Source of the DNA: Chrysochromulina tobinii | Lineage: Eukaryota | DNA: 43,829 nt | NCBI GenBank assembly: GCA_001275005.1 | Contig: JWZX01003238.1 | Span: 1-43,829, forward strand | Direction of reading: 5' to 3' | Part shown: piece by piece, positions 1 to 10,049 of the stretch | How positions within the stretch are numbered: the stretch's first letter is position 1 | Layout of the letters: the number at the start of each line of letters is the position of its first letter | Made by a program: the position numbers and the translations under genes | The notes under the pieces: generated by a model | Database searches by the model: none | The model's input: the letters and a program-made list of their open reading frames with translations, nothing else | What the model was told of the DNA's origin: nothing

Positions 1-431
1 TGGACACATTCCTATACCCCCCTATAAGGAAACGCGCCGTACCGAGCGCATCTGCCCTCCGTTCGTACACTTATTCGGATTTCACCTCAACCGGGCGGGG
101 CGGCGAGCTTTTTAGATCACCGGGGCACGTGGAACCCGTAACATGCTTGTTCTCCCTCATTGCTCGTTGTGGTCGCGGGGCTTTTCAACTGTCTGTGCTT
201 GTTTCCCAAGGGGTCTCTTCGCGGGGCGCCCGCCCCGACACCCCGGTGCCGGGGGCCATACAAACCGGCCGAGGGGCTCTCTCGAAAAAGGGTGCCGTCG
301 CTCGGGCCACTGCGGTGCACACGCTTCAATTCATCACGCTCCGAGACACATTCTCGAGCCAGTACTGCCAATCCATCCATGACCATTATGAAGCATAATC
401 CAAATGACCACCACGGCCTTTCTTTAGAACC

Positions 432-1520
432 TTAGTTGGGCGCGCCAGATTCCGAGCCGCCCAGCGCCGGTCCTCCCTCGGTGAATACAGCCATGGCGCC
501 CGATGGGCGATTGGCGAGTTTTCTCTTAGCTGCCTCTTCCGGCTTAAAGCCGAGCTCAGTCAGCTTCCGGAAGACGACGGCGAAGTCCTCGAAGAAACGG
601 CTCTCGTCCTTGGCGTACAACTCGACCCATCGCTTGAAGGCTGCATCCTCGATGAGGGCCAGATCAGATGGGAGCATCATGAGGGCACCACCGTCGGCCT
701 CGTACTGCTTTGGGCCCGTCCATGGCTTGCCCTCGTGTGTCTTCTTCACAGTCCACGTCTTCTCGAGCAGGAACTTGAAGTACTCGTTCGAGAAGGCATT
801 CTCGGCGTTCGTCCACGGTCCCCAGAAGCCTGAGCGATCCGTGTGGCACCGGCCAACGGCATGCGCGCCGGAGAGGCACACGATCTCGCGGTCATCAAAA
901 CCCATCCTGTAGAAGACGTCGCGCAGGTGGCTCTGCGTCTGCGCGGCGTCGGGCAGCCGGTCGTCGGGCGTGAACCGCTTGTCCTTGCTAGGCGCCACGT
1001 TGGGCGTCGGCGCGTCCGAACGGCCCGGTGTGAAGCCGATCACTGGACCGCCCATGGCCTCAATAGCGACAACGCCCGCGTAGATGATCAGGTCGGCCCA
1101 AGAAATCGATGGATAGTTCTCCTTGATGGGTGCGAGCACCCCGATCGCATGCTTCAGGCCAGCATTGCCACCGTGGTTAATTTCGGGCTGAAAGCGGATG
1201 GTGCCTCCCTGCGACCCGCCGTCATCGGTGGCCTTGGCATAGCTGCCAGATGAGTGCCACGCGAGGCGCACGAGCATCGGCGCGACGAAGCCACCGCCGC
1301 CGAGAGAACCTTTAGCAGCACCATCGACGCTCGGGTTGGGCAAGGTATCGTCCTCGCAGAGGACCATGAGGTCTGCCTTCAATTTTGGCCAGTCGGCCGC
1401 CGGCGGCGAAGAGCAGTGCGTCGCGTTGTAGTTGTACGATGCGAGGGCGGCAGCGCCCGAGAGCGCCGCCGCCTGCGACATCGTCGACGTACGCAGGCGC
1501 ATTGCAATGCGCGCAAACAT
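432..1520 (-). CDS. CCP1: Class I heme peroxidase (hybrid ascorbate/cytochrome c peroxidase) with probable mitochondrial targeting peptide
   Basis: 362 aa ORF. Distal motif APMLVRLAWHSSGSY, proximal motif LSGAHAVGRCHTDRSGFWGPWT, plus LMMLPSDLAL and GFDDREIV. The N-terminus is Arg/Ser/Ala-rich with no acidic residues (MFARIAMRLRTSTMS). Confidence 0.93.
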   Translation of the reverse strand: MFARIAMRLRTSTMSQAAALSGAAALASYNYNATHCSSPPAADWPKLKADLMVLCEDDTLPNPSVDGAAKGSLGGGGFVAPMLVRLAWHSSGSYAKATDDGGSQGGTIRFQPEINHGGNAGLKHAIGVLAPIKENYPSISWADLIIYAGVVAIEAMGGPVIGFTPGRSDAPTPNVAPSKDKRFTPDDRLPDAAQTQSHLRDVFYRMGFDDREIVCLSGAHAVGRCHTDRSGFWGPWTNAENAFSNEYFKFLLEKTWTVKKTHEGKPWTGPKQYEADGGALMMLPSDLALIEDAAFKRWVELYAKDESRFFEDFAVVFRKLTELGFKPEEAAKRKLANRPSGAMAVFTEGGPALGGSESGAPN

Positions 1521-1827
1521 TTGAAGTGCTCGCTATTTTGTATTTAATTGACGAATTTTTGATTTCGAGGTTCTTCACGAGGCTTCTTCTAGAGGCGTGA
1601 CTCACGATCATTAAGCTACAACTTGAAGGTCGAGGACTAGAAGATTTCAGCGCCGACGCGGCGGCACGACCACAAATTTAGACAATCGGACATTTCGATG
1701 AGGTTGCGGCGGCACCGCGGCATTGATGAGGGAGAGGAAGGCTATTTGGAAGGGGCGAAAGGGTGGATAGAAGAGCCCCGATCCGAGATAAACCATCCGG
1801 TCCTCGACGCCCACCGCTTTGCCCGGG

Positions 1828-2421
1828 TCAGGGCAGGTTGTCATGGATGCATCCCGTGCCAGCTGGGCAGCACATGTGTTGATCGGAGCCCGATGAGGCG
1901 GGCTGGCACTTGAAACCGCCGCAGCAATTTGACACGTTGGCCTGGCAATTTTCATAGTGGTAGGAGTCGCACTCCATGTCGACGACGGCATGCAGCGTCA
2001 CGGTCGGGATGCCGACTGCGTTTGTGAAGGTGCACGTCGCGCTCACAATCCTCCCACACTCGCGGTCGGTGCTTCCGGGGTATACATCGCACGACTTAAA
2101 GTCGGCGCGCCACGTGTTACAAGTAGTTCCAAGGTCGCCCGATGGCAGCCTCGTGCTGATGCCGCCACCGATAGCGTAGTAGTCGCACCCAGTGTCGCCG
2201 TGAAACTCCTCTGGACCCACGATTGTGTGTCCGTTGCAACTCTTGGGGATCTGGCATGAGCATGAGCCGGGTGCACCGAGTGTGAGGTTCAAGATCGAGG
2301 TGGCGTTGGCATCCAAGGCGTTGACAATCATCATCGGCGGTGGGGGATCCGCCATGGTGGCCGCGAGTAAGCAAAGTGTCGCGCTGGCCGCCGTGAACCT
2401 CTTCGCTCTCGCGACGTCCAT
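1828..2421 (-). CDS. Small secreted cysteine-rich protein (197 aa) with C-terminal knottin-like Cys pattern
   Basis: The in-frame ATG at 2421 gives MDVARAKRFTAASATLCLLAATMA-DPPPP, a signal peptide. The mature part has 16 Cys and several N-x-S/T sequons. The longer track ORF overlaps the divergent kinase start and is probably over-extended. Confidence 0.75.
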   Translation of the reverse strand: MDVARAKRFTAASATLCLLAATMADPPPPMMIVNALDANATSILNLTLGAPGSCSCQIPKSCNGHTIVGPEEFHGDTGCDYYAIGGGISTRLPSGDLGTTCNTWRADFKSCDVYPGSTDRECGRIVSATCTFTNAVGIPTVTLHAVVDMECDSYHYENCQANVSNCCGGFKCQPASSGSDQHMCCPAGTGCIHDNLP

Positions 2422-2613
2422 GTTGGAGGGATTTGCGCGAGTGCTGGAGTGCTCTTGTGAAACACTAAAAATTAGAGGTGTTCGCGGGCACACGCTCGCT
2501 TTCTCGTGCGGTTCCTCGCCGGGTGAGGAGGCAGGGCTCACACGCACATCGCCTCCCGTCTTCGGGCGTGGTGGGCAATCCATCAGCGCAGCGACAGTGC
2601 CGTGCCCTGCACC

Positions 2614-3831
2614 ATGAAGTTTGGCAATCACCTCTCCGTCGAGCACAACAAGACGAGCGGCAAGGTGACGATCGAGATGTCGGAGGATGTCGTGATGGGC
2701 GCATACCTGTCGGGCTGCGCCATGATGATCGGCACCGTTCTAGTCGGTTGCGCCGTGTGGCAGAAGAAAACGAAAAGCACGGAGGTCTGCGCATGCGCAT
2801 CGTGCCGTGGGCACTACGTCAACAAACATACGCTCGCGAAGGGCGGGTTCGGCGAGGCCATGCTGGCGACGCGCCAGGGCAAGCAATATGTGCTCAAGCG
2901 GGTCGGGTGCGACACGATCAACGCCGCGAACACGGCGCTCAAAGAGGCGTCGCTCCTGCAGAAGCTTGACCATCCCAACGTCGTAAAGTTCGAGGACGTC
3001 TTCTTGCATCGGCACGACAACGGCGGCTGCTCGGTGGCCATCGTGATGGAGTTTTGCGCGGGCGGCGACCTCATCGATCGGCTCGAGTGCTCTCGGAACG
3101 AGCGACCCCTGAGCGAGTTGACCACATTCGTCTTCCTCGAGTCCCTCTGCCACGCGCTCCACCACGTTCACTGCAACGGCGTGCTGCATCGCGACCTCAA
3201 GTCGTCCAACATCTTCGTAAGCCGTGGCGACAAGGCGGTCAAGCTCGGCGACTTCGGACTGGCGTGTTCGGGGCTGCCGCGCCGTCGGCTGACGGGGTCG
3301 CCGCGTCGCATGAGCCGTTGCGGCACCGCCATGTACATGTCACCCGAGGTAGCCGATTGCAAGCCGTACGGCGCCGCGTCGGACACGTACGGCCTCGGCT
3401 GCGTGCTGCTCGAGTTGCTGCTTCGACACCAGCTTCGCGAGCGTCGCCCCTTTGAAGAAAGAAAGGATTACATCAAGGAGGCGCTCGCCGCGGCCGCGGG
3501 GCACGGCTGGCACACCTTCGAACGCAGCTCCGATCTCGTGTGGCGCATGCTCGATGAGTCTCCCAAGAGTCGCATCGAGCTGCCCGCAGCCGCTGCAGTT
3601 GCTGCCGCGGCCATCAGCATAATGGCGCGACTGCAGCCGGTCGCGGGCACCGAGTCATCGTCGGGCGCCGGAGCTGAGCCGTTGGTGTCGACCGTCTCTG
3701 TTACGTCCGCGTCCGTGCACTCGGCGGCCGTCACGGAGCGGCAGCCTGAGCGGCATCGCACCAATCCGCCGAAGCGCGTGGCCGCCGAAGAGCGGTCGTC
3801 GCGCCGACGCAAGCTGTTGTACGCTGAATGA
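2614..3831 (+). CDS. Ser/Thr protein kinase, NEK/NIMA-like, with N-terminal hydrophobic (TM-like) segment
   Basis: LAKGGFG, YVLK, EASLLQKLDHPNVVKF, HRDLKSSNIF, KLGDFG, CGTAMYMSPE and KPYGAASDTYGLGCVLLEL. First ATG is at 2614. Confidence 0.9.
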   Translation: MKFGNHLSVEHNKTSGKVTIEMSEDVVMGAYLSGCAMMIGTVLVGCAVWQKKTKSTEVCACASCRGHYVNKHTLAKGGFGEAMLATRQGKQYVLKRVGCDTINAANTALKEASLLQKLDHPNVVKFEDVFLHRHDNGGCSVAIVMEFCAGGDLIDRLECSRNERPLSELTTFVFLESLCHALHHVHCNGVLHRDLKSSNIFVSRGDKAVKLGDFGLACSGLPRRRLTGSPRRMSRCGTAMYMSPEVADCKPYGAASDTYGLGCVLLELLLRHQLRERRPFEERKDYIKEALAAAAGHGWHTFERSSDLVWRMLDESPKSRIELPAAAAVAAAAISIMARLQPVAGTESSSGAGAEPLVSTVSVTSASVHSAAVTERQPERHRTNPPKRVAAEERSSRRRKLLYAE

Positions 3832-4022
3832 CGTTCGAGGATGACCGAATCCCAACATGAAATTCGGACAAACCCCGGATGAGTGTACAGAGACGGACAG
3901 GTGTGGGAGTCTCAGGTACATGTCATCTCAACAAAATCTCAACATAATTGCAATTGCAATCGGCTCGTGTTCTTAGGAAACCTTGATGTCATCAATACGC
4001 GAAGTCCGTCCACGAGGCAATC

Positions 4023-5033
4023 ATGAGTGTCCCGGGCAAGGCTCCCATCAAAGTGGTGCTGACTGGTGCTGCGGGCCAGATCGCCTACAGCCTGCTCCCG
4101 AAGCTGCTCGATGGGTCAGTTTTTGGCGCGGATCAACCCGTCTTCCTCGGGCTGCTCGACATCCAACCTTCGATGACGATGCTGGGTGGTGTCATCATGG
4201 AGCTTGAGGATCTCGCATACCCATGCTACGCAGGCAGCGTGGGGACCACCGATCCGGCGGTCGCCTTCAAGGATGCGGACGTGTGCGTCTTCCTTGGCGC
4301 CTTCCCCCGCAAGGAGGGCATGGAGCGCAAGGACGTCATGGGAATGAACGTCAAGATCTTCAATGAGCAGGGTGCTGCGGTCGCCGCTCACGCCAAGCCG
4401 ACCGTCAAGTGCCTCGTCGTGGGCAATCCGGCGAACACCAATGCGGCCATCCTGCTGTCCGCAATGGGGGGCAAGATACCGGCGAAGAATGTCACTGCGC
4501 TGACGCGGCTCGACCACAACCGCGCCACGTCGCAGCTGGCCATGAAAGCTGGCGTGGCGATGACCGACGTGGCAGGCGTCTTCATCTGGGGCAACCACTC
4601 GTCGACGCAGTACCCCGACGTGCGCCACGCGACGGTGAAAGGCACCCCGGCTCTCAGCGTCGTCGATGCTGCGTGGCTCGAGGGCGAGTTCATCACCAAG
4701 GTCCAAAAGCGCGGCGCGGCGATCATCGAAGCGCGCAAGCTCTCGTCGGCCATGTCGGCGGCCGTGGCGATCGCGGACCACCTGCGCGACTGGATCAAGG
4801 GCACCAACGGCCGAGCGGTCTCGATGGCCATCTTCCAGTCGGAGGGAGCGTACGGCGTCGACAGCGACATCTGCTACTCCTTCCCGGTCACGTGCGATCA
4901 AGGCGAGTGGACGATCGTTATGGGGCTGCCGATCGACGCCTTCTCGAAGACGCGCATGGACGCGACGCACAAGGAGCTCAAAGAGGAGCGGGCCCTGGCG
5001 GAGGAGCTCATCAAGCCAGTTGCTATCAACTGA
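4023..5033 (+). CDS. MDH1: Cytosolic NAD-dependent malate dehydrogenase
   Basis: VLTGAAGQIAYSL, GAFPRKEGMERKD, VVGNPANTNA, LTRLDHNRA, IWGNHSSTQYPD and RKLSSAMSAA; strong GC3 codon bias. Confidence 0.97.
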   Translation: MSVPGKAPIKVVLTGAAGQIAYSLLPKLLDGSVFGADQPVFLGLLDIQPSMTMLGGVIMELEDLAYPCYAGSVGTTDPAVAFKDADVCVFLGAFPRKEGMERKDVMGMNVKIFNEQGAAVAAHAKPTVKCLVVGNPANTNAAILLSAMGGKIPAKNVTALTRLDHNRATSQLAMKAGVAMTDVAGVFIWGNHSSTQYPDVRHATVKGTPALSVVDAAWLEGEFITKVQKRGAAIIEARKLSSAMSAAVAIADHLRDWIKGTNGRAVSMAIFQSEGAYGVDSDICYSFPVTCDQGEWTIVMGLPIDAFSKTRMDATHKELKEERALAEELIKPVAIN

Positions 5034-5626
5034 CTGTTTGCAAGACTCTAGAGGGCGAGAGTCTTCCAGTCTAGAGAAGGCGTCCAATGCGCATCTCCAT
5101 GAGATGACTTGTGACTGGTCTCTGGTCTCTGGTGGGTGGTGGCTGAGGCGTGGTGATCGCGTGCAGCATGCGTGGCAAGGCGCTGCATGTGCATGCTGCA
5201 TGTGACGCCCGGGTGCGGGGTGGGAGAGGCTTCCGTTCAGTAGTTACGCTGGGCGGGGGAGCACCCTGATGGGTGCCACGGGGTTGCCATCCACCGGATA
5301 CGTCGGTGTAGCGGCGCGTGTCACCGAATAATGTGTCACGGGCCCACCTCACGCGAGCGAGAGTTTGAGAGCGAGAAACAAGATGTCCATTCGAAGCATG
5401 GCACACGTCGTTTGTGGAACTGGGGACCTTGGCCTGGCTCACTCGAACTCACTCACGCACTTGACTCACTCACTGATGTGACTCACGCTGCATTTGTGAT
5501 TTGACACGTGAACGTGACAAGAGACGACCATACACACGCCCGGCAGACAGAGACACAAGACCATGCTGATAAAAGACCATGGTGCTGTATCAGTCCGCCG
5601 CATGGAAAAGGGTGCCCACGCGACTT

Positions 5627-6055
5627 CTAAAGGCATGAGCACACAACAGCAGGGGCCTCAACGCCCGTCAAGTACGAGTACGCGTAGCTGAGCTTGGTGA
5701 GCGTGGGGATGGCCGCCTCTGGGCTCGCGATGAAGGCCGAGGAATCCTTGACCTTGAATGTGATGCCCGCGTAGTCGACGGTGGAAGCGCCATCCTCGTC
5801 AAGAACTTTGAGAGCAGTGCAGGCGGTGCATGGCGGCAAGGGCAAGGGCAAGGGTACCAAGGACGCAGAGGAGAGTGCATTTGCGCCCCAGAAGGCAACG
5901 CCAGCGAGCATGAGTGCAAGCGCGAGCCCGAGTAGTGAGTTATGGGTCCTGACAGGCGTCAACGACGCGGATGGCGGAGTTTTACAATCCGCGATGACGG
6001 TGGCGGGCGACTGGGGCGCCGAGTTGACTTTCTTCGTGGACGTGGTCTTCGCCAT
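5627..6055 (-). CDS. Hypothetical single-pass membrane protein (~142 aa)
   Basis: ATG at 6055 (MAKTTSTKK). One strongly hydrophobic helix (LLGLALALMLAGVAFWGA), a Pro-Leu repeat, a CxxC and a C-terminal VVCSCL. Codon usage looks coding. No family recognised. Confidence 0.55.
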   Translation of the reverse strand: MAKTTSTKKVNSAPQSPATVIADCKTPPSASLTPVRTHNSLLGLALALMLAGVAFWGANALSSASLVPLPLPLPPCTACTALKVLDEDGASTVDYAGITFKVKDSSAFIASPEAAIPTLTKLSYAYSYLTGVEAPAVVCSCL

Positions 6056-6264
6056 GGCTTGTGATTGGACTGGCGCACGACGCACGCACCGCGTCGGCCG
6101 CGGTTCGTTTCGACGCGGTTCGTTTCAAAGTCTACCGCGAAACGAACTAGGAAACCACCCTTAACGAAACCTCGCAAACACTTTTCCCCCCGGCACAGCG
6201 TGACGCTTTCGTGGGGGGGACAGAGTATTAACCGCGAATTCACACCTGTGGAGGACGTCGCGCG

Positions 6265-8988
6265 ATGCAAGGAGCGCTTGGCGCCGCGTCCGAGCGCAAT
6301 CTCGACAGATTGATCACGGGAAATAAGCGGAGGCGCGCGGAAGACGAGGCCAATCCAGCACCTGCCACGCCGTCATCTCTTCCAGGACTTCCAGCTGCCG
6401 CCTGGTTGCGATCCAGAGAAGACGAGCACGTAGATGCTGCTGGCGACGACAACGAGGACGAGGACGAGTGGGAGGACGCTGTCGAGGCCGAACCCTCCCG
6501 TCATGCCGATGACGACGATGACGATGAAGACGAGTACGATGAGGGCGCTGCCTCCGCTGGCTTTTCGCTGGGCCTCGATGTTGATGTCACTGTGGACGCT
6601 GCAATACTGGGTGATGACGCCGACGACGACGACAAGGACGCTGCCCCGGCCGCGGTGGCGGAGCCCACTGCAAAGGAAACCGCCGCCGAGCAGGCCGAGC
6701 TGCGCCGACTCAAGCGAAAGCACAATGCGGACCGTCGGCAGCATTGCGAGCAGCTACATCGGGCCGGCGTGCTATGCTGGTTGGCTCATGGCCGGCTGCT
6801 GAGCGATCAAGCGGACGACCCCATGCTACAGAGCCACCTGCTCACGCTCCTGCCGCCGTCGCTGCACGCTAGTGCCGGCAGGCCACCAACGGCGGAGACG
6901 GTCCGTGCCATCGCGCAGAGTCTGCACGCGCGCATGGACGCACAGTCCGCCGGAGCAGGAGCCGCGGCTCGTCTTGACCGAGGTCGCGGCGCTGGCCGTG
7001 CAGCTGCGGCGGCGGCAGGCCGCGCACGAGGGCGCGGTCGAAGCCATGTATACGAGGGTCACGCAGACAATGACGACAGCATGTGGGGGGGCAGCAGTGG
7101 TGGCGGCGGCAGCGGAGATAGCAACAGCAGCGGCAGTACGGGTCACGGCGGCGATCGTCACGCGTCTGAGAACGCATGGCTGCTGGTTCGCCTCATCGAG
7201 CGCGCCGCTCGCCCCACGCCGTCGCCGTGCGTGGTCGCGGCGGCTCCGCTCGCCCAGCGGCTTCTCACAGCCCCTCGCACGTGCTCCTTGCCCACCCTCG
7301 CCGCCGTGGGCCTATCCATGCCTCGCGTGCTGCCGGTGGCAGGCCAGTTCCCTTTCCTCGAGCCTCCATCTGCGCGCTCGGGGAGGACGCGCGCGGCCGT
7401 TGAGGCGCTGGCGGCGCGCCTTCTCGAGGCGGACGCGACGGCCACGAGTGGGGCGTGCACCGCGGGCCCCGGCCAGGCAGCACACAGCGGCGACGTGCTG
7501 CTCGAGGCTCTACAGCGCGGCAGTGCCACACCGACTCAGATGGCTCTCCTGGTTCTCGCAGCCTTGCGTACGGCAGGCCTGCGCGCGCGCCTCGTGCTCG
7601 CGCTCCAGCCGCCGCCTCTCAAGCCATCCCCACCCGGAAAGCTCGATGCGACGCCCACCGAGCCACCGGCCGATGCTCCGCACGTGCCGTTGTGGCTCGA
7701 GGCCTTTTTGCCGGAGCCGCCGCGCTGGGTAGCCCTCGACGGTGCGCAGCCCGGCAGATTGCTGCTCGACCGTCGAGATCAGATCGTGAGCTCGCGGCTG
7801 CTGCTCCCAAAGGGTGCCCGCGCGCGTCCAGCGCATGCGATGGCTTACATCGTCGGTTTCAGTGCAGGCACAGCATCCGATGTAACCGCCCGGTACGCTA
7901 GCCAGCTCGCTGCCAGTAAGGCCGCTCGCACAGACGATACGTGGTGGGACGCTGCGCGTGCAGCCACATACGCCGACGCTTCTGCGCTTGCGGAGGGGAC
8001 GCCGGCGCGGGCGCTCCTGACGCCTTCGGCGGCCTCCGCGTCTCACTCTTCAGCTGGCCCATCCACCGCGGCAACGCGCGTCGTCATTGACCTCGACGAC
8101 ATCAACGACGAGCCCTTCCCCGCTCACCCGGCCACAGACACGGCCACGGCTGAAGCGGCGGAGCGTGCAGACGCTGACGAGCTGCGCCGGCGCGAGAGCA
8201 GCGAGCCAGTGCCCTCGACGCTCGCTGAGCTCAAGAAGCATCCGCTCTACGTACTCCATCGTGACCTCAAAGCATCTCAGTGCATCTGGCCTCCGTCCAC
8301 GCCGTCAGTTGGGCGAGTCAAGGGCCTAGCCGTCTTCCCGCGCTCGGCGCTCTTCGACCTGCGCTCCGAGCAGTCATGGTTCCGACGCGGGCGCGATCTG
8401 AAGCCCGACTCTGAGCCAGTCAAGATGGTCAAGGCCAGGCCGGGGCATGGTGCCGCAGCCAAGGACGGTCCGCGCACCGCCGCCGCCGCCGCCGCTGCCG
8501 CCGCTGAGGGCGAGGCGCCGCTCCCACCGCTTGACGGCGCGCCGAGCGCGCCCGAGACGGCGCTTTACGGCGAGTGGCAGACGGTTCCACACGCGCCCGG
8601 CTGCGCCGTAGGTGGCGTCGTGCCGCGCTCGAGGCACGGCCATGTCGAGTTGTGGACCGCTGCGCACCTGCCCCATGGCACGGTGCATCTGCGTGAGCCG
8701 CATGTGATGCTGGCAGCGCGTCAGCTCGGGCTTGACGCGGCACCCGCGATGGTGGGCTTCGACGTGCACGACGGGCGCGCGGTGCCCAAGATTGAGGGCG
8801 CCGTCGTGTGCATCGAGCACGCCCAGCTACTGCGCGAGGCGTCTGCGGCGATTCGCGACCAGGCCGAGGACCAGCAGGCGCACGAGTGCCACGAGGAGGC
8901 ACTCGCGCTCTGGCGTCAGCTGCTGCGCAGCATGGCGGTGCGCGAGCGCATCGAAAGGCAGTACGCGCATCTGGACGACGGATCGTAG
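6265..8988 (+). CDS. XPC: DNA damage recognition protein XPC/Rad4
   Basis: Acidic N-terminus (DEDEWED), LHRAGVLCWLAHG, GLRARLVLALQP, WLEAF...RWVALD, YIVGF...DVTARYA, EPVPSTLAELKKHPLYVL (BHD1), LRSEQSWFRRGR and LYGEWQT (BHD2), VPRSRHGHVE...APAMVGFD...GAVV (BHD3), and C-terminal ALALWRQLLRSMAVRERIERQY. Confidence 0.93.
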   Translation: MQGALGAASERNLDRLITGNKRRRAEDEANPAPATPSSLPGLPAAAWLRSREDEHVDAAGDDNEDEDEWEDAVEAEPSRHADDDDDDEDEYDEGAASAGFSLGLDVDVTVDAAILGDDADDDDKDAAPAAVAEPTAKETAAEQAELRRLKRKHNADRRQHCEQLHRAGVLCWLAHGRLLSDQADDPMLQSHLLTLLPPSLHASAGRPPTAETVRAIAQSLHARMDAQSAGAGAAARLDRGRGAGRAAAAAAGRARGRGRSHVYEGHADNDDSMWGGSSGGGGSGDSNSSGSTGHGGDRHASENAWLLVRLIERAARPTPSPCVVAAAPLAQRLLTAPRTCSLPTLAAVGLSMPRVLPVAGQFPFLEPPSARSGRTRAAVEALAARLLEADATATSGACTAGPGQAAHSGDVLLEALQRGSATPTQMALLVLAALRTAGLRARLVLALQPPPLKPSPPGKLDATPTEPPADAPHVPLWLEAFLPEPPRWVALDGAQPGRLLLDRRDQIVSSRLLLPKGARARPAHAMAYIVGFSAGTASDVTARYASQLAASKAARTDDTWWDAARAATYADASALAEGTPARALLTPSAASASHSSAGPSTAATRVVIDLDDINDEPFPAHPATDTATAEAAERADADELRRRESSEPVPSTLAELKKHPLYVLHRDLKASQCIWPPSTPSVGRVKGLAVFPRSALFDLRSEQSWFRRGRDLKPDSEPVKMVKARPGHGAAAKDGPRTAAAAAAAAAEGEAPLPPLDGAPSAPETALYGEWQTVPHAPGCAVGGVVPRSRHGHVELWTAAHLPHGTVHLREPHVMLAARQLGLDAAPAMVGFDVHDGRAVPKIEGAVVCIEHAQLLREASAAIRDQAEDQQAHECHEEALALWRQLLRSMAVRERIERQYAHLDDGS

Positions 8989-9076
8989 TTGAGGGTGTGA
9001 GCTCGGCGTCAGCTCGGCGCGGCTTTGCCGTGTTCTTGCTTGCATGCTTTTGTTACATGTCTACCTGTCCTCTTTT

Positions 9077-9104
9077 TTGCTTGCTTGCTTGCTTGCTTGC
9101 TTGC
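9077..9104. repeat. (TTGC)7 microsatellite flanked by a CTGTCCTCTTTTT direct repeat
   Basis: Read directly; lies between XPC and NOP16. Confidence 0.85.
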
Positions 9105-9225
9105 TGTCCTCTTTTTCTCACTTTCTGGAAAAAACGGGGAAAAACGACGGAACTTGATTTTGAGTCCGCAAGCCCGCACGAACGAGGGCCTCGTCGTCCA
9201 CACAACCGCGAACAACAAGCAAAGG

Positions 9226-9852
9226 ATGCCACGCTCGCAGAAGTCCAATCGGAGGCGCAGCACGATCGTGAAAGTAAAAAATAAGCCCAAGGGCATCGGC
9301 AAGGCGGTGGGGAAGCGCGTGGGTCGCTCGCAGCGCTTCCAGGGGTCTGCACTTGACTACAACGAGAAGGAGTCACAATTTGCCAACTACGCGCGGCTTG
9401 GTCTGATGGCGGATGCCAACCAGATTGGCGCGGTGAAGGAGACGATCACCGGCTTCAAACCGATCAAACACGTGCCCGCGGCGACCGGCGGCGCCGCAGC
9501 GGCGGTGGGCTCGACGGCTGGTGGCGTGCATCAGCTTGAGCTAGAGGTTCCGGAGGGCCTCGTGACGATTCGGCCGGTGCCAGCGGGCGAGCGCATCGTG
9601 CTGCTCAAGCTTATGGCAAAACACGGCACCGACTACGCAGCGATGGCGCGCGACACGCGCCTCAACGCGCTGCAGCACACGGCAGCGCACCTGCGCAAGC
9701 GCATCGCCAAGCTAACAGGCGAGGATGCAGAGGATGGGGTCGAAAGTACGTCCGCCGCCGCTGAACCGGCCGTGCCAGCGCCGAGGCATCGCCCGAAAGT
9801 GACCAAACAACCCAACAATGCGTTCCACAAGCGTTCGATGCACTTCAATTGA
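9226..9852 (+). CDS. NOP16: Ribosome biogenesis protein Nop16
   Basis: ATG at 9226 (MPRSQKSNRRR). Basic N-terminus, ESQFANYARLGL, and LMAKHGTDYAAMARDTRLNALQHTAAHLRKRI typical of Nop16. The upstream extension in the ORF track runs through a microsatellite. Confidence 0.85.
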   Translation: MPRSQKSNRRRSTIVKVKNKPKGIGKAVGKRVGRSQRFQGSALDYNEKESQFANYARLGLMADANQIGAVKETITGFKPIKHVPAATGGAAAAVGSTAGGVHQLELEVPEGLVTIRPVPAGERIVLLKLMAKHGTDYAAMARDTRLNALQHTAAHLRKRIAKLTGEDAEDGVESTSAAAEPAVPAPRHRPKVTKQPNNAFHKRSMHFN

Positions 9853-10049
9853 CCGATGGTGCAGGGCGCCGCGAGTGTGGTTCTGAGGATGCCCCGTAGA
9901 TGCCCCGGGGCTCTCCTGTCTCCACGCAAGAGAGAAGTTGTCTGGATGAATTTGACCTTTTCCCTACGGCCCACACACTTCCACGTCAAACCGATACCCG
10001 TACCGTGACTTGACTTGATTTGTCTTGCACGTGCGAACGACTCACACAC

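Noticed and set aside
1..431. Several short overlapping ORFs at the window start
   Set aside because: No recognisable motif or coding bias; most likely the peroxidase 3' UTR and intergenic DNA.
4116..5201. 361-aa antisense ORF over MDH, and many similar long antisense or alternate-frame ORFs (e.g. 36785-37969, 28041-28859, 6872-7732)
   Set aside because: Shadow ORFs expected from high GC and GC3 bias; Arg/Ala/Ser-rich with no motifs, and overlapping well-supported genes.
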